Below are positions 12,236 through 25,300 of a stretch of DNA of 64,000 nt, piece after piece (positions within the stretch are counted from its first letter, which is position 1; the number at the start of each line of letters is the position of its first letter). The DNA is taken from positions 5,861,190-5,925,189 of the forward strand of contig OZ037771.1 in assembly GCA_964035545.1 (NCBI GenBank). The letters run 5' to 3'. Position numbers and translations under genes: made by a program. Under the pieces are notes generated by a model. It had not been told where the DNA came from and searched no databases. It worked only from the letters and a program-made list of their open reading frames with translations. The stretch comes from Bugula neritina. Lineage: Eukaryota; Animalia; Bryozoa.

Positions 12236-15200
12236 ATGGACTCAATCAAGCCGTATGTTCAATTAATGCTTCCCGGCCACTGCTATGATACTTTTCTTGA
12301 AGATTTAAACTTCTTTGATGGTAAGACTTACTCACTTAGACTAAGCATTTAGTTTTACTCTTAGACTTAGTCACTTATCATTCGAGTGATTATTTATTAC
12401 TGGTCACTCGTGATTACGGTAACCGTAGCAGTAACAATTATGACAGGACTGATAGTCATAGTGATAGTCATAGTGCTAGCAAGTAGCAATACGTGTGCCA
12501 ACAATAATACTAACTCTAAGTGAAAGTCTAGCAGTAATACTAATAGTAATAATAATACTAATAGTAGTATTACTTATTAGTCTTAGTGTACATGAGTAGA
12601 CTAACTCTAAGGCGTGGTAGTAAATCACTAAATGTAAGAGTACCTATTAGTATTAGTATTAGTGTGGCATGCTTTCTTCTATGTGAATAGATTTGGTTTT
12701 TTTTCTTGAGTGAAACAAATAAATGATATAATATTGTAGTTGACTGTTGGAAGGTGTTTATCAGCAAAGGTCTTGGCTATGGCATAATCTTGGGCTCAGT
12801 ATTAGGTAAGTCTCCGGTCCCATCTAATAAATATTCAAACTTTTTTCGAGCCACCAACTTTCCTGCTTATCTTGTCCAGTCAAGCAGACCATTATTTTCA
12901 AGCCATTGGATACATTTATTACTTTTATGCAAAAAAGCTGATGCTCATTTACTTTGATTGTTTAAAAAAAACTAGCAGATATAAATATCAGACTTGAGCT
13001 GAATTGAAATACTACAGAGTTAGAATATTCTAGATAAGCTTTCGCAGGTGAAATATCATGTATAAAAATTCCTCAAATAAAATGCTGAATTTTTATGATT
13101 TCTTAGCCTTAATTTAAGTTGTTATTTTTCCAGTTTCTGCTTGTATCGTTAACTAATGTGACATGTGATGCTTATTGTCTATTCTCAGTCAGTGCATAAC
13201 CTATTTCTAGTATTGCAGAGTAACTCATTGATTTAGTTGAATGTTATTTCAACTTCATAATCTCTATACACTGTAAATCAATTATATTCCTTTCTTTATA
13301 CAAGCAGGTACTAGAGCAGTCAGAGTGAATATAGTTACATGCAATGCGTACACAGTTATAGCTAAGACTTGAGTTCTTAAGAAACTGTGTTTTGTTTACA
13401 CCTGTTCAGACAGCAGAGAAAGTGCTGCCACAGCATACTCTTTATTGTAGAGGTCTTATTCCAGAGCAAGTGTCCTTAATTCTTACGTTATTATTGTTTT
13501 ATTTCTTTTAGTCAAATTACCTCAGATCCTGAAAATACTTGCTGCTAGAAGTGGGGTGGGTCTGAGTATGCTGAGTATATACTTGGAGTTGTTAGCCGTC
13601 ACTTCATCTTGTGCCTATGGTTTCAACGCTAAGTTTCCTTTCAGGTACAACATAATTCATAGTAAACAGGTTATATTTTCTGTAAAATTGAGTTTGTGAT
13701 TGAAAACTTAAAAAAAAGTTGCAATAGTGGGGTAGTGTTCAACTAAGATACATAATATTTGCTATTCAAAAGAGTTAATTTTTCTTTTTTATTCACAAGT
13801 GTCGACTTTGAAGTTAAACTAGGCAATCTTGTGCAAGCTCTGCATAAGTAGCAGACAACTCTCACTGTCCTATTTTATTTATATATATATGTGTGTTTGC
13901 AAGAAGCCAACCTTGACTTAAAGAACTTGTCTAACAAAGCATGCATCCTCTGTGCTAAGTTTCATGTATATCAGGGTCATCCAATCACATTGGGTGGTCA
14001 CATTGGAGCCCTTAAGCCTGATAACTAACTCAAAGAAATTTATAGCCTACTAAAAAAACTTTAAAGTTTTGTTCTAAAAGCAAATGCTGTTATAGCCAAT
14101 TGGGACATGAGTACTTAAGTTTGTCCTGATTGGATGCAGTTTTAATTATGCTGGTAATAATAGTAATTTCTCTTTTTACCAGTGACTATTCTATTTTACA
14201 GTGCTGCTCTATACAGATTAGCTGTATTGTGGCAGCTACCTGTATTACATTTCATATGATGTGTTAGTTTTCTATTATTTCAGTTCCTATGGTGACAGTC
14301 TATTCATGCTAGTACAGACCTCCATCATAGCTATACTTGTGTTGATGTTCTCTGGTCGTACAGTCACCTGTATGCTATATCTCGCCATCCAGTCCGCTAT
14401 TATATGGTTCCTGTTCCTTTCTGGTCTAGCGCCATTTGACTTGATATGGGCCCTGCAGGCTGCCAACATGCCTGTAGTCGCTTCTAGTAAAGTAAGAAGC
14501 ATACTAATCACTTTAAAACGTCCACCTTTGACCTATTCTGAATATCTTACATTACTGAGAGTCTGAAATTTTGATAGCTCTTTAATTTGTTTAATAAGTT
14601 TTAGTTCAGGGCACAAAATAACATTTTCGCAAGAACATAATTTCTTTTTGCTACATTTTCAATCTATGATGTAGGCTGTTTTCTCAACTTCTCTTTTACT
14701 GCACTTACCTCTGAGTTTGAGACATACACTGTATACTGTAGTATGTGGGCTATTTTAATGCTCCTTGATAACTGATTTTGGCTCCAGGTGTGTTGGTTTG
14801 ACTCGAATCAAATCTGCCAGTTAAAGTGCTTCATTACCTTTAATGATTTTTAGTCACAATATTTTCTGTATTCAAATCAATGAAGCACGATAGGTTTTAA
14901 TGATCACTAGTGGATAAGCTTTGTATATATATACTACTACTAAATTGCAAAATCAAAATTTAAAATAAATTAGTTTCGCCTGTTAGCTAATTGGGTTTCA
15001 GGATTTCTCTTGTAGCAAAGTGCTATTTTCTACTCTGATTTTAGATGATACAAGCATTTGAAAACTATAAGAATGGGCACACTGGTCAGCTGTCCGCTAT
15101 CACTGTAGCCCTACTGTTCTTAGGATCTTTGGCTAGGATATTCACGTCCCACCAGGAAACTGGGGATCTTACCATGATTCTGGTGTTTGTTGTTGCAACT

Positions 15201-15408
15201 CTCTGTAATGGAATACTCCTGTTTCAGGTACTGAATGCACTGTTGGTAATTCAATTATTTAGAGTTGTCTTCTCTTACTACATTAGTGTTGTAGGAAAAA
15301 CAACTCCTTAAAATATGTGCTTTTTGCTTTGTAACCAAATTAATTTATTGATGATTTAAGGTTATTATATATTGGAACGTTGCCAGTCAAGATAAAAAGA
15401 AAAAATAA
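12236..15408 (+). CDS. MPDU1: Mannose-P-dolichol utilization defect 1 (Lec35, PQ-loop membrane protein), 6 coding exons, 240 aa
   Basis: Exons 12236-12320, 12740-12805, 13512-13644, 14284-14491, 15045-15227, 15361-15408 (723 nt, phases consistent). Motifs: [77 protein letters not shown]-terminal KKKK resembles an ER-retrieval signal. Confidence 0.95.
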
Positions 15409-18400
15409 GCCTAAACTAGTCACTGCCCTCTCCTGTTGGTTCAAGTAAGTATGCTTACCAATCAATATTTAAAAGTACCTGATCAAGCTAAAAGTTTTAT
15501 GTTAGAGCTTATTTGGCTACAAGAAGCATATTTTATAAAATAAAAATATTTATAGTGAACTTTACTAAAAATTCTTTATCAGATTGTAGTCTAAAATTTA
15601 ATATTTTTTAACAAAAACTTTTGTATGTTTTTTAATTTATTTACTGATATTCAATATTTACTTTCTTTGAAAATATACATCGCGTCATCTCGAGTAGGCT
15701 GTTGTATTATGACTCCATCACCATTCTACACTAACTAGGTACTTGTAATTGAGAGTTGTCTTGCCATTACAAGGTTGTTGGTCTACTTACTGATAACTTA
15801 CTAATGACGCGGAGTAAATAAGTTTGAGTTTTGTGTCAATTGAGCAGGAGAGATCTATCAAACTAATCTTTTGAAGTTACCTAAAAATTTATTATGTTTT
15901 TGACTAGCATTTAAAAATCAGAATTTTTAAACAAATGAATATTGATAGTAGCTGTTTAATAAATGAATAATAATTATGCATTTTATAATTATTATAAAAT
16001 GACTGTGAATGTACTATCATCAGTATGGCTGTGGTAAAGCTGGCATTTGTTGCCTTCAAACTTAGAATAATTTCATTTGCTTAGAATAATGCTTTACAAT
16101 GAAAAAGGCTGTAATAATAAAAATTAGAGTAAAAATTGAGTTATGTGTTTAATAAAATGTAAGCATGATGATTAACAATTGCATTCAGTAATTGGGAACT
16201 TGAATGTAATATTTGGCCATACAGTTGTAGCCAAATCCTCTCCAATGATGATATAATAATGATATAAGATGCTATGATATCTTAAACTCATTATTAATTT
16301 CACAGACAGCACTCAAGATAGAGTAATTATTTTAACTATAGCATTCAGTGTTCGTAATTAAATGTTGTCTCCAGCCTAGAAATACTTGTTTTTCTGCAGG
16401 AAATAGGCTCACAGCTTTTCCAATAATTTACAGCAGCTTCATCTATCTAGTTTATAATACTTGTATGGCTGATCTAAGTCTATCTAAATTCTTGAGTCTA
16501 AGTAATTTTGTTCTCTGATGTCTAAGATATGAAAACCTGATCTCATTCTGAGAAGAAATACACGAGTATAGCATGACCCCAAATGAACTGTTCACTAACT
16601 TGACAGTCTCTAATATTTTCTAGGTTAATTGATAATTGTAATTGACATTATTCACCAGTAATTTAGAAAAATGCCTTTTCCACTGGTGTATAACGTTATA
16701 AAATAGTTTAATGGACCCAGTGTTAACTTCTTTTCGTACTTGGTTTTATACCAGTTTAGTTTTATATTGCTTAAACTTTTCGATCAGATAATTGGTTTAT
16801 TATTTTTCAATTTAGCATATAGACACTTTGAATTCAGTTATGCAAGTTTAATATTCTACATGTGTTATTTTATTATAATTATTATTGTGTTTTCTTGAGT
16901 CCTTTGTGAAACCTATATTGGCAATCATTTTAATTCATCTATATTTAGATAAGTGCACCTTCAGTAAATTATATTTTAATTGTATGTACATGCTACTATA
17001 ATACTCCATTCTTAATACTGTTTTCTGTCATGTGTCACTTTAACTGTTAGGGTGAATGCAGTTAGGTTTTGGGTTTGGATCACCTAATGCCTGCTGGTAC
17101 ACAACTAGTACAGATAATTCGTATAGTATTTGGATTGAAGATTGTATCACATAAAAATCACAGTAATTATATATAATATGTGCGTGCACGAATAATATAT
17201 AATATATACATATATATAATGTAATATATATCTAATATATACATATATATAATGTAATATATATATAATATATAAATATATAATATAAGTTGTATATGTT
17301 GTATATTTATATAATGTAAATTCTTTACTGCTTTCAAAGTATTTTGTTTGTTCATCAATGCTGATAATTTTAAAAACCGAGCTACGTATATGGCAGACAA
17401 TGTAACAAAATATAACAGTTGGCTAGCCTGCTGGTTGCTAGTGTAGAAATAAAATGACATCATTGAGTCGTACCACTTTGGAAGATTAAAACTCGGTTAC
17501 AGCTATGATTACGTTCATTCAAAAATCCTAATATTCATAATGATATTATAAAATGAGCTGCCACTTATTATATTATTTTAGAAATATATGTATAGATGTA
17601 TATTTGTGTTCTTCAATATAATGTATTATAGCTCACTATAGCTAGTCTATGTAACATGTAGGAATACAACATCTTACAAATATTCACACTATTCACGTGA
17701 GAAAATAGCAGAGTTAGAAATTAACATATTCCAGTTAAGTTTTTTCTCTCTACTGCATTTGAAAGTATTATCAACATGTGACAAATATGGAATTTCACTT
17801 TCTTTTTTTCTATTTGTAATTCATGCAAATCCAATATTAACCCCAATTACTTGAAATACTTTCGATGCCAAAAATTACATTGTAAACTTTTCCAAACTAA
17901 AATGTTGAAATTAAATATCTACTAAATGTCACTTAGGTCTAAGTTTTGAAATATGATAAACAAATGGCGACAAGTATGGTAAGTGTGAAGCCTGTTATGT
18001 AATAGTGTTTGCAAGTATGCCCCAAGGCAAGATAATACTGGGTACATAATCAGGGTAGAGATGAAGTGTTAATTTAGTTGAGAAGCATTCCAGCTGCAAG
18101 AATGGGAAATAAATGAGATAGAGTTAAGCTGTTGTGATTAAACCTGGTTACAGAGCCTCAATGGCTGGAGAAAGCTGCTTTGGTTACCAGCTATAGGGCA
18201 TTTACGACATAAATCATGCAATAAGCTACATCATAGGTCATACAATGTTGCTTGGTCTAATCATAGGCATTGGGCATAGTTTAACATAGATCTTTGGAAT
18301 TTACACTTGTCTACGCCTATTTGTTACTTTTCACTGACATAATATAAAAAATATGCACTATTGACATATATGTGTATTATATAATATAAGCGTATATACT

Positions 18401-18889
18401 GTAGTTATATATATGTATAATATTATATAATACATAATATAATATGTTATCTATATGTATTATATCTACATTACAAATATCTATGTTTATATTATAAACA
18501 TTATAACCATATATGTATATAATAGTATATAATATATTCATATATAGTATGTGTCCATTATATTATTTATATATAATATAGTGTTTCACTTGACGTTTTA
18601 AAGGTTGTACTCTATTGCTGAAAGAATAAGTAGCTTTCTTTGTACAATTACACTGAGTGTATTATTGCTTTCTGACTTTCCATGATATACTCTTCATACA
18701 TGCCCACAAGTGTCTCATGCATTGTCTTTCTTTGTGTAAATTATTCCCAAGGTATCTCATTCTTATTATACTCTTTGTTTTAGGTTTGCAAAGAATTTCT
18801 ACAGGAGTTTCTCTTTGGAGGCCTGAAGTTGCTGACTTTCAAAACAACGCATTGTGCTTAAGTTGACTTGACGATTTATTACTGAATTT

Positions 18890-18940
18890 CCAATAGGGTA
18901 TCAAGCTGTGGAACAGATTGCCATCCAACATTCGATTGCT
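18890..18940 (+). mobile_element. Possible degenerate 3' relic of a CR1/L2-type LINE ORF2
   Basis: Translates as GIKLWNRLPSNIR, resembling the G.KLWN.LP..I motif at the ORF2 C-terminus of these clades; very short. Confidence 0.3.
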
Positions 18941-21900
18941 TTCATGTTGCAATAAACATTATTTTTGTCTTTATCTTAAAAATCATTTGATGCAATTTTT
19001 GATTATTCCGCAGTGGAATTTATTGCCCTCTCTTTTCCAAATAATTTTAAAAGTTAATTATAAATGATGGATTTAATAGATTTATTTCACTGAAAGGTTA
19101 TGTAAAGTATAGCAGTGTTGTTGAAATTCATTGGATTAGCTAATCATGTAGTCGTAGCTCTAGCACAGAATTGCGGTTCTGTTTGAGTGATGAATCACCA
19201 ACTATACGATTGAATTGGGGAAATTCGTAATTGACTTCTTGGCTTGATGCTTTAATTTTCCATATTTTATTAAAGTATAATTTTCTTCCTAGAGTTTTAG
19301 ATAAATTATAGGCTATGGCGAAGTGTTACAAGATATTTTTTCACTTCTTGGAATAAAAGTTATTAGTTATCAGCCACATTCTATTTCTGTAATTTAGTTG
19401 AGCAATAGGAGTTCCTCTAAAATATTGACTTAATGTCAGTTTTAGCTCTTAAATCATAATTAATAATCAATCAGTACAATTCTATTTCTTAGGATTAAGG
19501 TCATTGATAAATTAGATACGTATAACTCTCGCTTAGTTGAACAAAAGCCTACATATCTGCCAACTTATAATTATCAAATTTAAATCTTACAAGATGTTTC
19601 GATATTTTTCGCAACCTGCTATTTTTTTTTCATTTCACTCCATTTTATTTAAAAAGCAGCTGTAGTGAAAGCTTGCCTCGAGTACGCAATTCAAAATAAA
19701 TTTGCATTAAGTGAAAACTGATGTTATCTGATGGTTGATAAAACTTCTCCAATTTCAGTCCATGTATGGAAATGCGTTGTTGCCTTGAAGTTATCATAAG
19801 ATGTATGTTCCTTGTCGCTCCTTGATCTATGTTTTATGCAGTGCACTCGGGAACAGAGTAGCTTCAAAAGATCAATCACTTAGGCACTTAATAAAATCAA
19901 TGTTGAATTGCTTTTCACGCTGACATGTGACACCTTACTATTAGTTTGCTATTTCATCACTCTTACTACTAAAACACATCAACTACATTAATTTAAATAG
20001 CTTTTGATAGCCATCTACATGAGTTTATACTCCAACAATAACACAGCGTTTGAATAATGCATATCTTCAATGGTTTCAATAGGCCTAGAAACTGCCAGTG
20101 TCTTGTATTTTAATATACAACCTCACTGGAAGATAAAATATTAGGTTTTATGAAAATGATAAATTAATTGTTGGATAATAATATTCACTACAGAAAAGCA
20201 GGCCATTAAAACTGTAACCCCAGTCAGTGTACAGAGTTTATATATATATGAAATATTATGTTCATATTTTGACAACACCTGGATAAAAATGATGGGTAAA
20301 TATGATTTAAAATACTAAATGTTTACACAAGTGTGGAGTAGAAAGTTATGATTACCCCTTTGGCTTCTGTAAGCATTTAAAACAAACACAAATGGAAATG
20401 GCAAACTTATACTGGGTAAATATGCTGAACATCTATGATCTGTAGTCAAATTTTCAAACATCTTTCCTTATTCACTTTTTTCAGTAACATTACATAGTTG
20501 CCATGCCAACAGCTGCCTAATAATGCTAGATCTACTTCATAAAAATAACTGAAGAAAATTAGAAACTAAAGTCTAAACAACCATAGCTACATGTTTCCCA
20601 TTTAGTAACACTTGGGCAGAAAAGTTAAAATGTATTTCTCAGGGTAATTGGAGAAAACTGATCATCTTTAGTAGATTTTGTACACCCCTTATACTACATT
20701 TATGGCTTCATCCACTAGCACATATAATAGACCATCTTGCTGCAACTAGCTGTATTCAAAACTATATATATTGTCTGGACAGTTAGACTCAGTTTTGTAA
20801 CACAATGGTCCTGAAGCAGTTGGTTTTTACAGAAAGAATGCGGAAGATAGCTGTAACAATGCTCATAGATTTGATATTTATACTCACTGTACACAAACGA
20901 GTGAATAAATTTTACAATAAGTTTAAGGCAGCCATTGAATGTCCATTGAAACGGCTGTGAAAAGATTGTCAACAGACGGACAGTAGCAATTTCATTTCCT
21001 CTTTAGTACTGCCTCTCATTGATCGGGTCCTGTAGACATAGTCATTTCATTCCCTACTCTATTTACAAGTTTAAAGTTAGTTTTTAAGATTCTGTGTATA
21101 TAGCTATGGTTTGCTTGTATTTGTTTAGTAAATATTTGCCTTAATTGGGTAGCATGATATTTCAAGCTAATGTATGCATGCCCACTTAACATTCAACCAA
21201 GTGCCTTCACCTGGTTATGCCCATTTTAATACAGTGGAATATTTCTTAAGTTTAACCTTCATATAAGAATTCTTCATTATTTAAACACCAGTATATGTTA
21301 TGTTGATTATTAACCATAGTACAACTAAAAGCAATACAATATATATCATAATGTATTCATTATTAATGTATAATAATAGGATGGATGAATTTACGTATGT
21401 CTTATAATGAGGTAACATAATATAACGATATTAATTGATGACTAAATGTAATACTAAAAAAATATATTAGCATATCTTATTATTGTAACATAATATAATA
21501 GTAATAATATAACTATATGAAATAATATATAGGAAAATTATGATTAGTATAATATTATTTTAATGATGTAACATAATATTATATTAATATGAAGACAATT
21601 AAATGTAAAATGAGGAATACTAATTTATATCTTGTTGATATAATATATTTATTAAAATGTATAATAATATTGAAAATATTAAATAATGATGTGGATTAAA
21701 GTGTCCAATTGATTTGTATGCAATATATGGTACCCATAGAACCCCTTGCACCTTATAGTTTCATAGTTTTATAGATGCGTCAGCTAATTGATATTTTGTA
21801 ATGGAAGTCCATATCTCAGTACATGATGTGTATTTTAGTACGCCGGGAGTGGTGACTGCATACTTGTATTATTTACTATATTATATTGTAGGCTACGACC

Positions 21901-22099
21901 TGCAGCTCTACAAAAGCTATTTTGCACGCATTGAAACTGGGATAATAAAAATTAGGAGTTTCATGAAAATTTCAGATTTTTATACAGTTCTTATATACGC
22001 TGACTTTATTTATATTCTAATCAACAATCACTAAATCCTATAAAGTTCATTGCAACTGTCATTTATACAATTATTTGATTATATCAAATAAGTATGGAA

Positions 22100-22312
22100 C
22101 ATTTAGTATAAAATATATAATATTATAAAATATCTAATATAAAATCTATAGTATTATAAAACATCTAGATAAAATATTCAATATCATGAAACATCTAGTA
22201 TAAACTATATATAATATTATAAAACATCCAGTATAAAATATATAATATTATAAAACATCTAGTATGAAATATATTATATTATAAAATATGTAGTATAAAA
22301 TATTAAGTATAA
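22100..22312. repeat. AT-rich minisatellite, ~30-bp unit (AAACATCTAGTATAAAATATATAATATTAT variants)
   Basis: About 7 degenerate tandem copies. Confidence 0.75.
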
Positions 22313-25300
22313 AAGAATACTTTCTTATGCGAATTTTTTAGGTTTACAATTCTGCAACTAGTTTTTGAATATTTTTAGGGATTTTGTAAGACTTCAGCTT
22401 TAATTATTTACTGCTGCCATTACAGCTGCTCCACAACAGACATGGTGCAGGAGCTGACTTGAAGGTTATTGAGTACGACGTATTTTCTCTGCCAACTTTA
22501 ACAAGCCTTTTGAAACCATTGACAGCAGAATTTTATTGATTTCTTGAGTATTAGCTAACCAGACCGATAAAGCCTTTATATTACTTGTATGTGGCTAATG
22601 GTTCGCTTTGTTTTTAGAATGATTAAATGAGTATAAGATAGCTCATCTAACTCCATTGTGAGTCTGAATTGTAGTATGATTAGGAAAATAATTGCCTTCA
22701 CAATAGAGCTATATCAGAAGTTTTGTGATATCTCAAACGTGTGTTAATAAGTTGTATATGTTTCATCCCTATACATTATTGTTGAATTGTAACAATAAAA
22801 TTTTATTATGCCTTTTCTGTTGAGACTAGTTATTTATAAATAATATTCACAGTGAAAAGAGCCCTCAGTGTGTAACCAACACTTGATCAATGCACAGACT
22901 TTATGCATAAATTTTAGTAGAGCTGGAATTAAAACCATAGAAAAATCTGGATTGTCATTAAAATGCCTTATAGGAGGATTTATATACCTGTTATGCAGGT
23001 ATTCTGGTGTGGTATATTATATTACAGTTATTACAGCTTTCATTATATGCACAATATGTATACGGCAATGAAGCATTCTATGTTCTAATAATAACTTGTA
23101 ATATGGAGCATTAAGTAATTATATTGCTCTATGTTATGCTGTAGGTATAATGTTATTTTGTAATATATTCTATCATGCTAATTTATATTACACTGTATTA
23201 TTTTATTCTGTATTATATTATATGACACCATACAATAATATATTATATTTATATTATATTTTTTCATATTTCATTATATTATATGTTGTTTTATATTTTA
23301 TCATATTGTGCAATAACCATATAATTATACTAAGTTACTATAAATGGTGTTTATTGCTATTATTTTTAAGCAGCAATGTGGATATTAGTGTGTATTTTTA
23401 TTTTGTTTTGTAGGATAAAGTTTTAGCATACAAATATGGAATTTACGTACAAGTTTGTTTTTGTGTTTTGACATAAGTTATATATTTTTATTTGACAAAA
23501 GCTTCTACAATTTTGAGGATGTCTATTAATTTTTACATCATCTCCAAATAAAATACTGTGTTTTCAACTATTTTTTTCTGTTAAATTTAACTTTGTGTAT
23601 AAAATATATAAAGGTTACTGGTATATAAAACTGTGCTATACTTCTAGCAATAATAACTGTAATGGGTTATTATGCAACATACTTCAGCTTCTTTGTGATG
23701 CTCTGCCCAGTGTATTCATTCCCAGTTTAATTCAAAAGCTCATTTCTGTGGGCTGAAGCTAATCTTTTGTTTCGGTCTACTTAACATACTGCTGGAGACA
23801 GAAATAGAAAGAGTTTAACAGAGTTTGAACTCTGAAACTGTAGCAGTTATTGAAATAAACTTACTAACATCCTTTCAAAGAAATTTAGCATTAAAGAAGC
23901 TTATACTTTAGTTTAACAGGAATAGTGTGAAATAAGTTTATAATTCTTCTTAATAGTTCTGGAATATTCCATGATGCCCAAGAACCAAATAATGATGCCA
24001 ATTTAGTGATAATTGCATCAACCAACATTTTTAAATGAAGTTTATAAAATGCTTGTGGTACTTTATTTTCAAGATTTCACCACCTTTTTACTAAAATTGT
24101 GTCTGTAATTAAATTGCCCTTTCAACATTTTGACCACAAATTTTACAATGGTAAAAGCAACCCTGCTCTTAAGTTAGTTTCACACTTAATGGGCTGCCCT
24201 AAAATTTTCTGGTAAAAAATGGTTCAATGTTGGTTCCAATAACAACAGGCTAGTAATTAGTTGATCAAATTTCATCCTTCCCATTACCTGCGGTTAAATT
24301 ATTTGGTCTAAATCATATTCACCAGTGCAACTAACTACTTAACATCAGCTTTAGGCATAATGATTTTTCAAAAGTAATATGAGACGGGAATAAAAATTGT
24401 TATTCAACCTTGTTCTTTCATCCAAATCCAAAATGAAAAATACCAATCAATGCTTTCTTACTCAGTCCTTCATATAATAGCAACAAATGTGAAAATAAAA
24501 CACAAATTGTAGCCAGCAAAGCCAGTTTGTGCCAAACAATTTATTGAGTTCAACTCTTTTCATTTAAAATTCATTAGTTTATTACAATAACAAGAAATTG
24601 TTTAGGAGCAGCAAATTAAACAAACATAGACCACAATTATTTCACCATATGATCATGCTGTCATAACTATTAATAGCATATCTCATTTATACAATTCAAT
24701 AACGCAAGTGTGTTGAGTGTTTAATACCCGTATATACAAAATTATGCACAGAAGTTTGAAGGAAACATACTCTGCAAACTATAAACACATTCTAAAAAGA
24801 GTCTGTTGATTTTTAAAAGGCAAGCATTCTTTTTGTTTTTCTTCCTGCTTTCTTTCACAGTAGAAGCTGAGATTCTGAATACACTTTCAGCTTTCAAGCT
24901 TCAACTTTACTGTTTTGCTCCATGTCTTTCTCTTCTACCTAAAATCATATAAAACAGTAAAAATATCAATATATTTCTCAATCATTGTCATTGATTTACA
25001 TTTTTTAATATGCAATCTCAAACTGTCATAGCGGAGTTTCTTCTTCTGCCATTATTATTTAGTCGCATTGTAAACAAGCTTACACTTTCTCACCGGGACA
25101 CCTAGCAAGATTAGAGCTAGCTTTAATGAAAATTATCGCTAAAATAGGGTTGGCTTGCGAGTTAGCTGCTTGAAGAGGTAATGTATAGGCTTACTCGTAC
25201 CTGTGAGACCAAACTGAGAATGCTATATTAACCTCTGGGTCTCATACCAATTAAACTTTAATAGAGTAAACCACACCAATCAATAGATATGGAGTCTAAG

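Noticed and set aside
12229-12236. Acceptor 5 nt before the MPDU1 ATG as a trans-splice site
   Set aside because: A plausible cis donor (GTGAGC at 12159) gives an ordinary 72-nt 5' UTR intron.
13900-14140. Repeat-like text in MPDU1 intron 3 (and 8040-8280) reminiscent of Helitron/Helentron-derived repeats
   Set aside because: No termini, TSD or alignable second copy in the window.
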